A stretch of DNA of 20,128 nt from Candidatus Aenigmatarchaeota archaeon (GCA_043799385.1 JAZDNV010000014.1:1-20128), one strand, 5' to 3'. Shown: positions 1 to 7,487, counted from the first letter of the stretch. Notes: a model not told the origin generated them from the letters alone. Numbers and translations are program-made.

Positions 1-452
1 ACGTAATCAAGCGCCCACTGCGCGCCGTAATATCCGGCGTAGGCAATGAACAGAGATAATATTATTTTTCCAATCAGGCACGCGATGAAATATTTCTTCA
101 CGTCGTATTTAATCGAGCCAGCTATAATGCCGATAATGTCATCTGGCAGCGGCGTCATTGCAAAGATGAGTATCACGATGAAGCCGCTCTTCTTCATCCA
201 CTTTTCTGCACGAGAAAACCATTTTATTTTTTTCATCTTGACCCTTTTTTCCAGCAGCTTTTTCCCGCCGTAGCCGACACAATAGCCAATTAATTCGCCA
301 ATTGCAGAGCCTACGCCTGCAACGACACCGACTAAAAACGGGTTCAGTGCCGCGCCTGCGCCGAAAACTATCAGAAATGATGGCAGCGGAAATATCACAG
401 TAGCCGAGCCAAGCAACGAGGAAATAAATATTCCAAGATATTCAACCAGCAT
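1..452 (-). CDS. DedA/VTT (SNARE-associated) family membrane protein, 3' end runs off the window
   Basis: Not in the ORF track; translated by hand from ATG 452: MLVEYLGIFISSLLGSATVIFPLPSFLIVFGAGAALNPFLVGVVAGVGSAIGELIGYCVGYGG...FAMTPLPDDIIGIIAGSIKY...LIGK. The 'PLP...G...G...G..Y..G' and 'P.P.D....AG' patterns are typical of VTT proteins. The frame is open to position 1. Confidence 0.88.
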   Translation of the reverse strand, partial: MLVEYLGIFISSLLGSATVIFPLPSFLIVFGAGAALNPFLVGVVAGVGSAIGELIGYCVGYGGKKLLEKRVKMKKIKWFSRAEKWMKKSGFIVILIFAMTPLPDDIIGIIAGSIKYDVKKYFIACLIGKIILSLFIAYAGYYGAQWALDY

Positions 453-502
453 TATTTAAATTGCATAAAGTATCTTAAAAAGTTTTATCGTCAATTAAGA
501 AT
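453..502. promoter_or_regulatory. Divergent promoter region; one AT block gives TATA-like boxes on both strands
   Basis: CTTAAAAA at ~474-481 lies ~22-29 nt upstream of ATG 503 (+). Its complement TTTTTAAG lies the same distance upstream of ATG 452 (-). Confidence 0.55.
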
Positions 503-1087
503 ATGCTTTACGGAAGAAGAGAAAAATTCAGCGGCATCGAAGAAAAATTAGGCAGATTGTTCAGATTCATGAGCCCGAATCGTTTAACCATGATGACGCT
601 GATACCTGCGCTGCTCACGTTCTATCTTCTTGTGCAGAAGTATTTTTTTGCAGCAGGAGTAATGCTTCTCATAACGTTTTTGTTTGACGTCATCGACGGC
701 TCTGTCGCACGATTCGCGAAAAAAGAGACGCGATTCGGCGCGTATCTTGACACAGTTGTTGACCGCTACGTCGAGTTTATAATAATTCTCGGACTGCTCT
801 TTGTTAATCCGCCAATGATGATATTTCCGTCTTACGTCTGGATAATCCTTCTGCTATTCGGTTCGCTGATGACAACATATGTGAAGTCAGCGGCTATCGA
901 GAAAAAAATGGTGAAGAATTTAACCGGCGGTATCGAGCGCGCCGAACGCGGTATAATATTGTTTTTCGGCATTGTCTTTGCTGGATATCAGGAAATCTTC
1001 CTCACCTATGTGATAATAATTTTGGCGATTCTGACAAATCTCTCGGCAATAAGCAAATTTTTTATCGCATCCAGAATCAGGTGCTGA
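503..1087 (+). CDS. CDP-alcohol phosphatidyltransferase (archaetidylinositol-phosphate/PgsA-like synthase)
   Basis: Full signature D-x2-DG-x2-AR...G-x3-D-x3-D in FDVIDGSVARFAKKETRFGAYLDTVVDR. Also SPN..T at the N-terminus, G.IERAER near the C-terminus and several TM helices. Confidence 0.95.
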   Translation: MLYGRREKFSGIEEKLGRLFRFMSPNRLTMMTLIPALLTFYLLVQKYFFAAGVMLLITFLFDVIDGSVARFAKKETRFGAYLDTVVDRYVEFIIILGLLFVNPPMMIFPSYVWIILLLFGSLMTTYVKSAAIEKKMVKNLTGGIERAERGIILFFGIVFAGYQEIFLTYVIIILAILTNLSAISKFFIASRIRC

Positions 1088-1940
1088 ATTTCTCTGTTGT
1101 TGTTCTCGGACTTCCTGTCAACTCTTTAAGCCATACTGAAATTTCACGAATCTTTTTTGCGTCGATTCCAGTATGAATTTTTCTTGATTCAAAGAAATCA
1201 ACGATGTCTTCTGTTGAAACGTTGCCTATTAATTCATCCGTCGGGCAGCCACCCAAGCCTGCCACAGAGCTGTCAAACCCATATATGCCCATTTCTATTG
1301 CAGTTTCTATATTCTTTATGCAGTTGTCGCTGCAGTGGAGATGAAGCATCAAGTTCTCAACTCCTGTCTCATCAGAGACGGCTTTCACCCTTTCTTTGAT
1401 GTCATCAGGTTTTGCAAGTCCGAACGTGTCGGCTAGCGATATCTTCTCTACGCCAATGTCAAATAGCCATCTGGAGATATCAACAATATTTTTGACGTTG
1501 ACATCGCTTTTGCTTTTGTAGCCGAACGCGACTGAGATATAGCCTTTCACCAGTATCGAATCGCGCGCCGCCTCAAGAATTTTTTTAATCTCTTCTTTAG
1601 TTTCTTTGGTACTTCTTCCAACGTTCTTCATGTTGTGTTCGTTGTTTGCAGACAGAAAAACGGCAATATGCTTTATTCCGCTCGCTACAGCGATATTATA
1701 ATAATGGATGTTGGGGACAAGCGCGCAGTAAGTGACGCCTTTTTTCTTCTCGATTCCTTTTGCAACTTCGCTTGCGTCAGCCATCTGCGGTATAATTTTC
1801 GCATCAACGAATGACGCTACTTCTATGAATTTCAGTCCGGCATCTGCCAGACGGTTTATCAATTCGATTTTTTGTTCCGTCACTATCTTTGGCAGCGCCT
1901 GCAAGCCGTCGCGCGGTCCGACCTCGTGTATAGAAATCAT
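1077..1940 (-). CDS. hmgL: Hydroxymethylglutaryl-CoA lyase (DRE-TIM metallolyase)
   Basis: EVGPRDGLQ, IEVASFV, PQMADA, ALVPN, SLADTFG, metal-binding HxH (HLH), GLGGCP with the catalytic Cys, and GNVSTED. Confidence 0.9.
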   Translation of the reverse strand: MISIHEVGPRDGLQALPKIVTEQKIELINRLADAGLKFIEVASFVDAKIIPQMADASEVAKGIEKKKGVTYCALVPNIHYYNIAVASGIKHIAVFLSANNEHNMKNVGRSTKETKEEIKKILEAARDSILVKGYISVAFGYKSKSDVNVKNIVDISRWLFDIGVEKISLADTFGLAKPDDIKERVKAVSDETGVENLMLHLHCSDNCIKNIETAIEMGIYGFDSSVAGLGGCPTDELIGNVSTEDIVDFFESRKIHTGIDAKKIREISVWLKELTGSPRTTTEKFST

Positions 1941-2068
1941 GCTTTTGTTAAGCTGTTATAAACTTAAATTACGATATCCGACAAAGTAATAAATACCGCT
2001 CTCTCCAATAGAATTAATATGGGGACGAGTATGAATGCATCTCAATTTAATACAAAGGTGTCTTTAAA

Positions 2069-2566
2069 ATGAAAGGAATGAAGGGCGCTGATCCGCTGCT
2101 ATCCGCTGTGATGATGATACTGCTCACTGTAACGATAGCTACCATTGTTTCCGGCTGGCTGACCGCAACGTCAGAGCAGACAGGCAAGACGATAAGGAAC
2201 CAGACAAAAGAGCGCCTGAGCTGCAACTACGCCCACTTGTATATAAGGAACGTGACCTACAATTGCAGCGACAACTGCAGCGCTGATAACAACCACAACC
2301 TTACAATAGAGCTGGTCAACTCTGGCGAGGTCGCATTCGAGATAAACAACCTTTACATCAGGAACACGACTGGCACAGTCTTTCAGCTGAGCATAAGTCG
2401 GACAAAATTCAGCGCATCAGACGTGAAATACCTGACAAACATAAGCCGCGAAGCTTGTGACGGGATAAACAACACGATTGAATACGTTACAATATCCAGC
2501 ATGAACTGCCCGAGCAACGCCTACGACAACTATCCCGGCAATCTGGTCAATTTCGTGAATTGCTAA
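2069..2566 (+). CDS. Archaeal type IV pilin-like protein 1 (class III signal peptide)
   Basis: MKGMKG|ADPLLSAVMMILLTVTIATIVSGW followed by a Cys-rich, sequon-rich beta domain. SD-like AGGTG at 2056-2060. Confidence 0.85.
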   Translation: MKGMKGADPLLSAVMMILLTVTIATIVSGWLTATSEQTGKTIRNQTKERLSCNYAHLYIRNVTYNCSDNCSADNNHNLTIELVNSGEVAFEINNLYIRNTTGTVFQLSISRTKFSASDVKYLTNISREACDGINNTIEYVTISSMNCPSNAYDNYPGNLVNFVNC

Positions 2567-2598
2567 TACTTAAATACGGGAGCGACGAATTATTGATT

Positions 2599-3045
2599 AT
2601 GAACGCAAAAGGAGTAAGCCCGCTCATCGCTTCTGTCTTATTGATAGCAATATCTGTTATGATTGCGTATGTGATTATGAGCTGGTCGACGACGCTGACA
2701 AAGGAGCAGACAAAGAGCATATCGAACAAGACTACCGAGCAGGTCGAATGCGGATTAATTCAGATAAAGGACGTCTACATGGACTTAACCAACAACAATA
2801 ACATAAGCCGCGTTTACATCTGGAGCACTAATGCGATTGATTATATAGTTTCGGCGTCAATGATGAACAAGAACGGAGAGCTGGCGAATAACCTAACCGT
2901 TCTGCCGATGAACATAACAAAGGGCGAGCTTAAAGTATTTTTATTCAATCTCAGCGGCAAGATAAACTCATGCGCGAACTTCAGTCAGGTAGTGATAACA
3001 ACGAAATGCACGACTGAAACGTTTACAGGAACTCCGAAGTGTTGA
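2599..3045 (+). CDS. Archaeal type IV pilin-like protein 2
   Basis: MNAKG|VSPLIASVLLIAISVMIAYVIMSW is a canonical archaeal pilin/archaellin N-terminus. Start moved from 2560 to ATG 2599 because TATA-like CTTAAATA (2569-2576) sits ~25 nt upstream. Confidence 0.9.
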   Translation: MNAKGVSPLIASVLLIAISVMIAYVIMSWSTTLTKEQTKSISNKTTEQVECGLIQIKDVYMDLTNNNNISRVYIWSTNAIDYIVSASMMNKNGELANNLTVLPMNITKGELKVFLFNLSGKINSCANFSQVVITTKCTTETFTGTPKC

Positions 3046-3047
3046 AT

Positions 3048-3485
3048 ATGAAAGGAATAAACCCCCTGATTGCATCCGTCATGCTGATAGCAATAACAGT
3101 GCTGCTAAGTGCAGTAATACTCAACTGGATAACCACGCTCACGAAGCAGCAGGGAGCAACAATATCAAACAAGACCACAGACTGCTCAATGGCCGACATC
3201 ACTGTTGCAGAGGTCTACATAGACATTGCGTCAAACAGAAGTAGAGTCGCGGTCAGAAACTCCGGATTCACTGACGATTCGATAGCGTCCGCCATTCTGA
3301 TGAACGCTCAGGGAGAGCCATGCCCGAATCTCACCGTATTTCCGATAAGCTTTCCAGTCGGAAGCCTGCAGACACTAGTGTTTAACATAACAGGAAAGAT
3401 GACAGCCTGCGCGAACTTCAGTCAGGCAATGGTATCCACGAGATGCACCAACGACAAGTTCTACGGAAACCCGAAGTGCGTTTAG
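3048..3485 (+). CDS. Archaeal type IV pilin-like protein 3 (paralogue of pilin 2)
   Basis: MKG|INPLIASVMLIAITVLLSAVILNW. Shares ISNKTT, C-x4-I-x2-VY-x-D, NLTV.P, FN..GK...CANFSQ and G.PKC with pilin 2. ATG 3048 lies 2 nt after the pilin 2 stop. Confidence 0.9.
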   Translation: MKGINPLIASVMLIAITVLLSAVILNWITTLTKQQGATISNKTTDCSMADITVAEVYIDIASNRSRVAVRNSGFTDDSIASAILMNAQGEPCPNLTVFPISFPVGSLQTLVFNITGKMTACANFSQAMVSTRCTNDKFYGNPKCV

Positions 3486-3512
3486 TTCTTAAACGTTTCC
3501 CTATTAATTATT

Positions 3513-3782
3513 GTGGAGGCTAGGTCGGGTAGCTAGGCGATACCTGTTACCGTGAACCGTCTACAGCGGGACCGAAGCCTGAGGGCGATAATTCAGATGA
3601 ATGAGGCCCATTATCAAAGCTGAGAAGCCCAGCCCTTTGGGATTTCAGCATGGCGAACCTGGTGAGAGCCGGAAGGCAGCAGCCATAAACTATTCCTGAA
3701 ATGCTCAGAGGTAAACTGAGTGGAGCGATGGTATTGGACAAACCTTTTTCACCTGTATTAGCCACCAAGGGTGTGCCTCCAC
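3513..3782 (+). ncRNA. ffs: Signal recognition particle RNA (archaeal 7S RNA)
   Basis: Helix 1: GTGGAGGC (3513-3520) / GCCTCCAC (3775-3782). Alu domain: GGTC/GACC, GGGTA/TACCT, UGU motif and loop-loop complementarity TAGGCG (3534-3539) / CGTCTA (3558-3563). SRP54-binding helix 8: GGTGAGAGCC-GGAA-GGCAGCAGCC (3661-3684), resembling the E. coli GGUCAGGUCC-GGAA-GGAAGCAGCC motif. TATA-like CTTAAA at 3488-3493. Confidence 0.95.
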
Positions 3783-3827
3783 TAATAATTATCAATAAAT
3801 ATAAGCTTTTGCTGCGACTAATTCTTC

Positions 3828-4385
3828 ATGAATCAGGAGATAAAGGATTTGGCGATATCCGCAGTCGTTCTCGCATTCGTCTTCGCCTATTCAGGGTTGA
3901 ATCTTAATTTTATAAACGATTTTCCTGCTGCACTAATCGCCGTCTCTCTTGGTTTTATTCTTCATGAGCTAGGGCACAGGGCAGTTGCAAAAAAGTTCCA
4001 TTGCCACGCGGAATACAGAATCTGGAAAGAAGGATTGATGCTCGCATTGCTGATCACGCTCGCAACAAGTGGAGCGTTCGTTTTTGCCGCGCTGGGCGCA
4101 GTCATGATACATTCATTAGGCCCGCTTTCAAGAAAAAGAATCGGTTTGATTTCCCTGACAGGACCTGCGATGAACATACTGCTGGCGTTTGTTTTTCTTC
4201 TGTTGAATTTCTTATTTCCGTTGAACGTATTCTACATGGGCGCCTATGTTAACGTATGGCTGGCTCTTTTCAATTTATTTCCAATACCGCCGCTGGACGG
4301 CTCAAAGATATTCTTCTGGAACAAGGCTGTATGGGTCGGAGCATTTGCGCTGACAATTATAATGTTCATTCTGGTTGGAATTTAA
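3828..4385 (+). CDS. Site-2 protease, peptidase M50 family (minimal, no CBS/PDZ domain)
   Basis: HELGH zinc motif in a TM helix, GP..N motif, and NLFPIPPLDGSK (third zinc ligand Asp). Confidence 0.95.
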   Translation: MNQEIKDLAISAVVLAFVFAYSGLNLNFINDFPAALIAVSLGFILHELGHRAVAKKFHCHAEYRIWKEGLMLALLITLATSGAFVFAALGAVMIHSLGPLSRKRIGLISLTGPAMNILLAFVFLLLNFLFPLNVFYMGAYVNVWLALFNLFPIPPLDGSKIFFWNKAVWVGAFALTIIMFILVGI

Positions 4386-4425
4386 CCAGAAGTAACTTTT
4401 ATTTACACGAATGCAATAGAATGAT

Positions 4426-5658
4426 ATGGAAGAAATCGTTGTTGGTCGCGATGAAGAGGACATGAAGAAATACGGTAAGCGCGGGACGATACTTCTCGGC
4501 CGCCATCTTGTAGGCACAGGCGAAGATGCGCACTTAACTACTTCATTACTTTTAGATGTTGTGCGTCCGCACCTGATAATCATTACAGGAAAACGCGGAA
4601 CCGGCAAATCTTTCAGCATGGGAATAATAGCAGAAGAGCTTGCAAAGCTGCCGGACGATATAAAAAAGAACCTGTGCGGTCTGCTCATTGACACGCAGGG
4701 AATATTCTGGACAATGAAATCGCCTAATGAGAAAGAGATGATTCTTCTGAAGGACTGGGACCTCAAGCCCATGGGGTTTAACGTTTCCGTATGCGTTCCC
4801 GGAGGCCAGGAAAAAGATTTTCTTGATAGCGGAGTCGAATTTGATGCCACTTTCTCAATACTGCCGAGCGAATTGACTTTAGAGGATTGGATAAATGTAT
4901 TCGAACTCAACCCGAATGAGCCGCTTGGTATTTTGCTGCAGATGGCAATCTCAAAGATGGCAGGAAGATATAATATAGACGACATCATATCAAGGATAAC
5001 AGAGAGCAAGGGCTTTGAGAGCGAGCGGCTTGCATTAACGAACATGCTCAACGTTGCAAAGACATGGGGCATATTCGGCGAGTCGCGAATGCCGTCGATA
5101 CTTGAACCAGGCAAAATGACAGTTCTAGATCTCAGCTTAACGCCAACGAATGTGCGTGCGTTGCTCGTTGCGATCATGTGCAGAAAAGTCTTTATAGAGA
5201 GGACCATGGCAAGGCGTGTCGAGGAGATGACAGAGATAGAGATGACAAAAGCGAAGCGCGTGCCAATGCCATGGTTATTCGTTGACGAGGCGCACAACTT
5301 CCTGCCGTCGCGAGGGAAAACGGCGGCGACTGATATTCTCAACCGCATAATAAAAGAAGGCCGCCAGCCAGGGATAACCTTAGTATTTGCAACTCAGCGT
5401 CCGGAAAAATTGTATGAAGATGCATTGGCGCAGTGCGATATGGTTATTTCGCATCGATTGACAGCCAAGAATGATTTGCAGGCGTTGCGTTCGATAATGC
5501 AAACGTATATGCTATTTGATATAAGCAAATACATAAACGAGCTGCCGAAATTGAAGGGAACGGCAATAATTCTTGACGACAACTCTGAGAGAATATACAA
5601 AGTAAGGATGAGGCCACGCCAGTCATGGCACGCCGGTTCGAGCCCGACAGCAATATAA
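4426..5658 (+). CDS. HerA/FtsK-superfamily (DUF87-type) P-loop ATPase
   Basis: Walker A GKRGTGKS, LLIDTQG strand, Walker B LFVDEAH, arginine-finger region KEGRQPG, sensor ATQRP. No N-terminal HAS barrel is evident. Confidence 0.9.
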   Translation: MEEIVVGRDEEDMKKYGKRGTILLGRHLVGTGEDAHLTTSLLLDVVRPHLIIITGKRGTGKSFSMGIIAEELAKLPDDIKKNLCGLLIDTQGIFWTMKSPNEKEMILLKDWDLKPMGFNVSVCVPGGQEKDFLDSGVEFDATFSILPSELTLEDWINVFELNPNEPLGILLQMAISKMAGRYNIDDIISRITESKGFESERLALTNMLNVAKTWGIFGESRMPSILEPGKMTVLDLSLTPTNVRALLVAIMCRKVFIERTMARRVEEMTEIEMTKAKRVPMPWLFVDEAHNFLPSRGKTAATDILNRIIKEGRQPGITLVFATQRPEKLYEDALAQCDMVISHRLTAKNDLQALRSIMQTYMLFDISKYINELPKLKGTAIILDDNSERIYKVRMRPRQSWHAGSSPTAI

Positions 5659-5681
5659 ACATTTCCATGGAATAAGATTAC

Positions 5682-5927
5682 ATGGTCGTTTACGCTGTTG
5701 AAAAGCCAACGTCAGAGAGGAAAACAGGTTCTTGGAAAAGCTTTAAGCCGATAATAACCGAGAAATGCATTGGCTGCGGTTTGTGTGTTAGCGTCTGCCC
5801 TGAAAACTGCATAAGAATAGAAGTCAAGGATGGCAAGAAAAAAGCAAGCATTGATTATGATTACTGCAAAGGCTGCCTTATATGCAGTAGCCAATGTACT
5901 CAAAAGGCGATCGTGAGCGAGAAATGA
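5682..5927 (+). CDS. porD: Pyruvate/2-oxoacid:ferredoxin oxidoreductase delta subunit (2x[4Fe-4S])
   Basis: KTGSW...KP N-terminal signature, CIGCGLCVSVCP and IDYDYCKGCLICSSQC. TATAAA at 5654-5659 lies ~25 nt upstream. Confidence 0.92.
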   Translation: MVVYAVEKPTSERKTGSWKSFKPIITEKCIGCGLCVSVCPENCIRIEVKDGKKKASIDYDYCKGCLICSSQCTQKAIVSEK

Positions 5928-6241
5928 GCAGGATGAAAATCGTATTGACTTATGTTGACAGCGAAAAGAACGCGGAAAATATCGCCGAATCGCTACTGAA
6001 GGAGCGATTGGCGGCGTGCGTTGGCTTCTGGTCTGGTCGCAGTCGCTATTGGTGGAAGGGAAAAATAGAGAAGAATAACAATGAAATCCATATGATTGTA
6101 AAAACAAAAGAAAGCCTTGTAAAAGAATGTGTCAAGCGAATAAAAGAATTGCATAACTACGAACTGCCGGTCATTGATGTTTTGGATATCGAAAAATTGA
6201 ATCCAGAGGCGGAAAAATGGATAAACGAGGTTACAAAATGA
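5924..6241 (+). CDS. cutA: CutA divalent-cation tolerance protein
   Basis: IAESLLKERLAACV, SRYWWKGKIE...E, KT, ELHNYELP.I. Start taken as ATG 5924, an ATGA overlap with the porD stop. Confidence 0.93.
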   Translation: MSRMKIVLTYVDSEKNAENIAESLLKERLAACVGFWSGRSRYWWKGKIEKNNNEIHMIVKTKESLVKECVKRIKELHNYELPVIDVLDIEKLNPEAEKWINEVTK

Positions 6242-7353
6242 AAATTCTGGAAGGCAGCCACGCGATAGCTGAAGCGGTTAAGCAATGCAAGCCGAAAGTA
6301 ATATCCGCATATCCGATTACTCCGCAGACGCACATCGTCGAAAAGCTCGCAGATATGGTCGCTAACGCAGAGCTTAATGCGGAATATATCAACGTCGAGA
6401 GCGAACACTCCGCGTTAGCAACGTGCATCGGCGCGCAGGCGACCGGCGTCCGCACTTTTACAGCCACGTGTTCGCAAGGATTAGCGCTGATGTGGGAGCT
6501 GCTCTATATTGCGTCAGGCATGCGTTTGCCGATAGTCATGGCTGTCACGAACCGCGCTTTGTCCGCGCCGCTAAACATATGGAACGACTGGAGCGATTCT
6601 TTCGGTGCTCGAGATTCTGGCTGGATTCAGCTGTATTGCGAGAGCGTGCAGGAGGCGTTCGACACGATTCTGCAGGCATATCGAATCGCCGAAGAAAAAA
6701 ATATCCAACTGCCTGTCATGGTTTGCGTTGATGGATTCTATTTATCCCATATCTATGAGCCAGTTGATATTACTGATAAAAAATTCGTGAAGGAATACAA
6801 ACCGCGCATAAAATTGGATACAGAGCACCCGGTAACATTAGGCGAATTCGCAACGCCTGATTATTACCAGGAATTCAGGGAAGAACTGCAGATGACCATG
6901 ATGAAAGCAAAGAATGTTATAAAGAACGTCAACGACGAGTTTTCAAAAAAATACAAGAGAAAATACGGCAATGGCTTGATTGAAGTAACGAATCCTGGAG
7001 CAAAGCACGCGATAGTGACGCTGGGCAGCTTGGCCGGCACGATAAAACATGTCATGGAAAATGACAAAATAAAAGATATTTCTCTTGTTCGGATAAAGAG
7101 TCTGCGGCCGTTTCCGGAAGAAGAATTGAAGAAAGCATTGAGCGACGCCCGATCGATTGGCATAATAGAGAAGGATGTATCGCCAGGTCTTGGCGGCGTT
7201 TTATGGAGCGAGCTCAGATTCTTGGAAGAGCCAGTATCCAGTTTCATTGGCGGTCTTGGCGGTCGCGATATCACTGCAAATGATTTGAGGAGCGTTATTT
7301 CGCTTGTAAGAAAAAAGGATAGAGGCGTGCATTGGGTTGGGTCAAAGCTATGA
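6238..7353 (+). CDS. porA: Pyruvate/2-oxoacid:ferredoxin oxidoreductase alpha subunit
   Basis: AYPITPQT, VESEHSA, TATCSQGL, RLPIVMAVTNRALSAP, DGF.LSH, RPFP, GLGGRD. Start taken as ATG 6238, an ATGA overlap with the cutA stop. Confidence 0.95.
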   Translation: MKILEGSHAIAEAVKQCKPKVISAYPITPQTHIVEKLADMVANAELNAEYINVESEHSALATCIGAQATGVRTFTATCSQGLALMWELLYIASGMRLPIVMAVTNRALSAPLNIWNDWSDSFGARDSGWIQLYCESVQEAFDTILQAYRIAEEKNIQLPVMVCVDGFYLSHIYEPVDITDKKFVKEYKPRIKLDTEHPVTLGEFATPDYYQEFREELQMTMMKAKNVIKNVNDEFSKKYKRKYGNGLIEVTNPGAKHAIVTLGSLAGTIKHVMENDKIKDISLVRIKSLRPFPEEELKKALSDARSIGIIEKDVSPGLGGVLWSELRFLEEPVSSFIGGLGGRDITANDLRSVISLVRKKDRGVHWVGSKL

Positions 7354-7472
7354 CAAAGCCAAAGAAATGCCCTAGGTGCGGTTCTATTATGATAGAGGGT
7401 TCGGAGGGAGCAGGGTTTTGGGTTTGCGAGAATTCAAAATGCATATATACGCTTCGTGAAAAGAAGATTTAA
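7350..7472 (+). CDS. 40-aa C4 zinc-ribbon microprotein
   Basis: Below the ORF-track cutoff; translated by hand as MTKPKKCPRCGSIMIEGSEGAGFWVCENSKCIYTLREKKI*. Pattern CPxCG-x-FWxC-x4-C. It overlaps the porA stop (ATGA) and fills the porA-porB gap. Confidence 0.75.
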   Translation: MTKPKKCPRCGSIMIEGSEGAGFWVCENSKCIYTLREKKI

Positions 7473-7487
7473 TGAGTGAAAAATGAT

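Noticed and set aside
46..273. 75-aa plus-strand ORF
   Set aside because: It is antisense to the DedA/VTT gene, which has clear family motifs.
2971..3426. 19-nt direct repeat as a CRISPR, att site or DGR template/variable repeat pair
   Set aside because: There are only two copies, both in frame encoding CANFSQ in paralogous pilins. No spacers, integrase or reverse transcriptase are nearby.
3513..3782. RNase P RNA, tRNA, riboswitch or a permuted SRP gene as alternative identities
   Set aside because: There are no RNase P P4 motifs and no cloverleaf. The Alu, helix 5 and helix 8 elements are in normal linear order, and no bulge-helix-bulge is seen.
3547..3907. ORFs 3547-3795(-) and 3701-3907(+)
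   Set aside because: They overlap the SRP RNA gene and the M50 protease start, and show no protein features.
3828..4385. M50 protease as the prepilin peptidase for the adjacent pilins
   Set aside because: Class III signal peptides are cut by GxGD aspartic peptidases (PibD/FlaK). This protein is an HExxH zinc protease.
4302..5348. 348-aa minus-strand ORF
   Set aside because: It is the antisense shadow of the HerA-like ATPase, with Ser/Ile-rich composition and no recognisable motifs.
5682..5927. Stand-alone ferredoxin
   Set aside because: The KTGSW..KP and DYDYCKGC motifs plus the porA/porB context identify it as the delta subunit.
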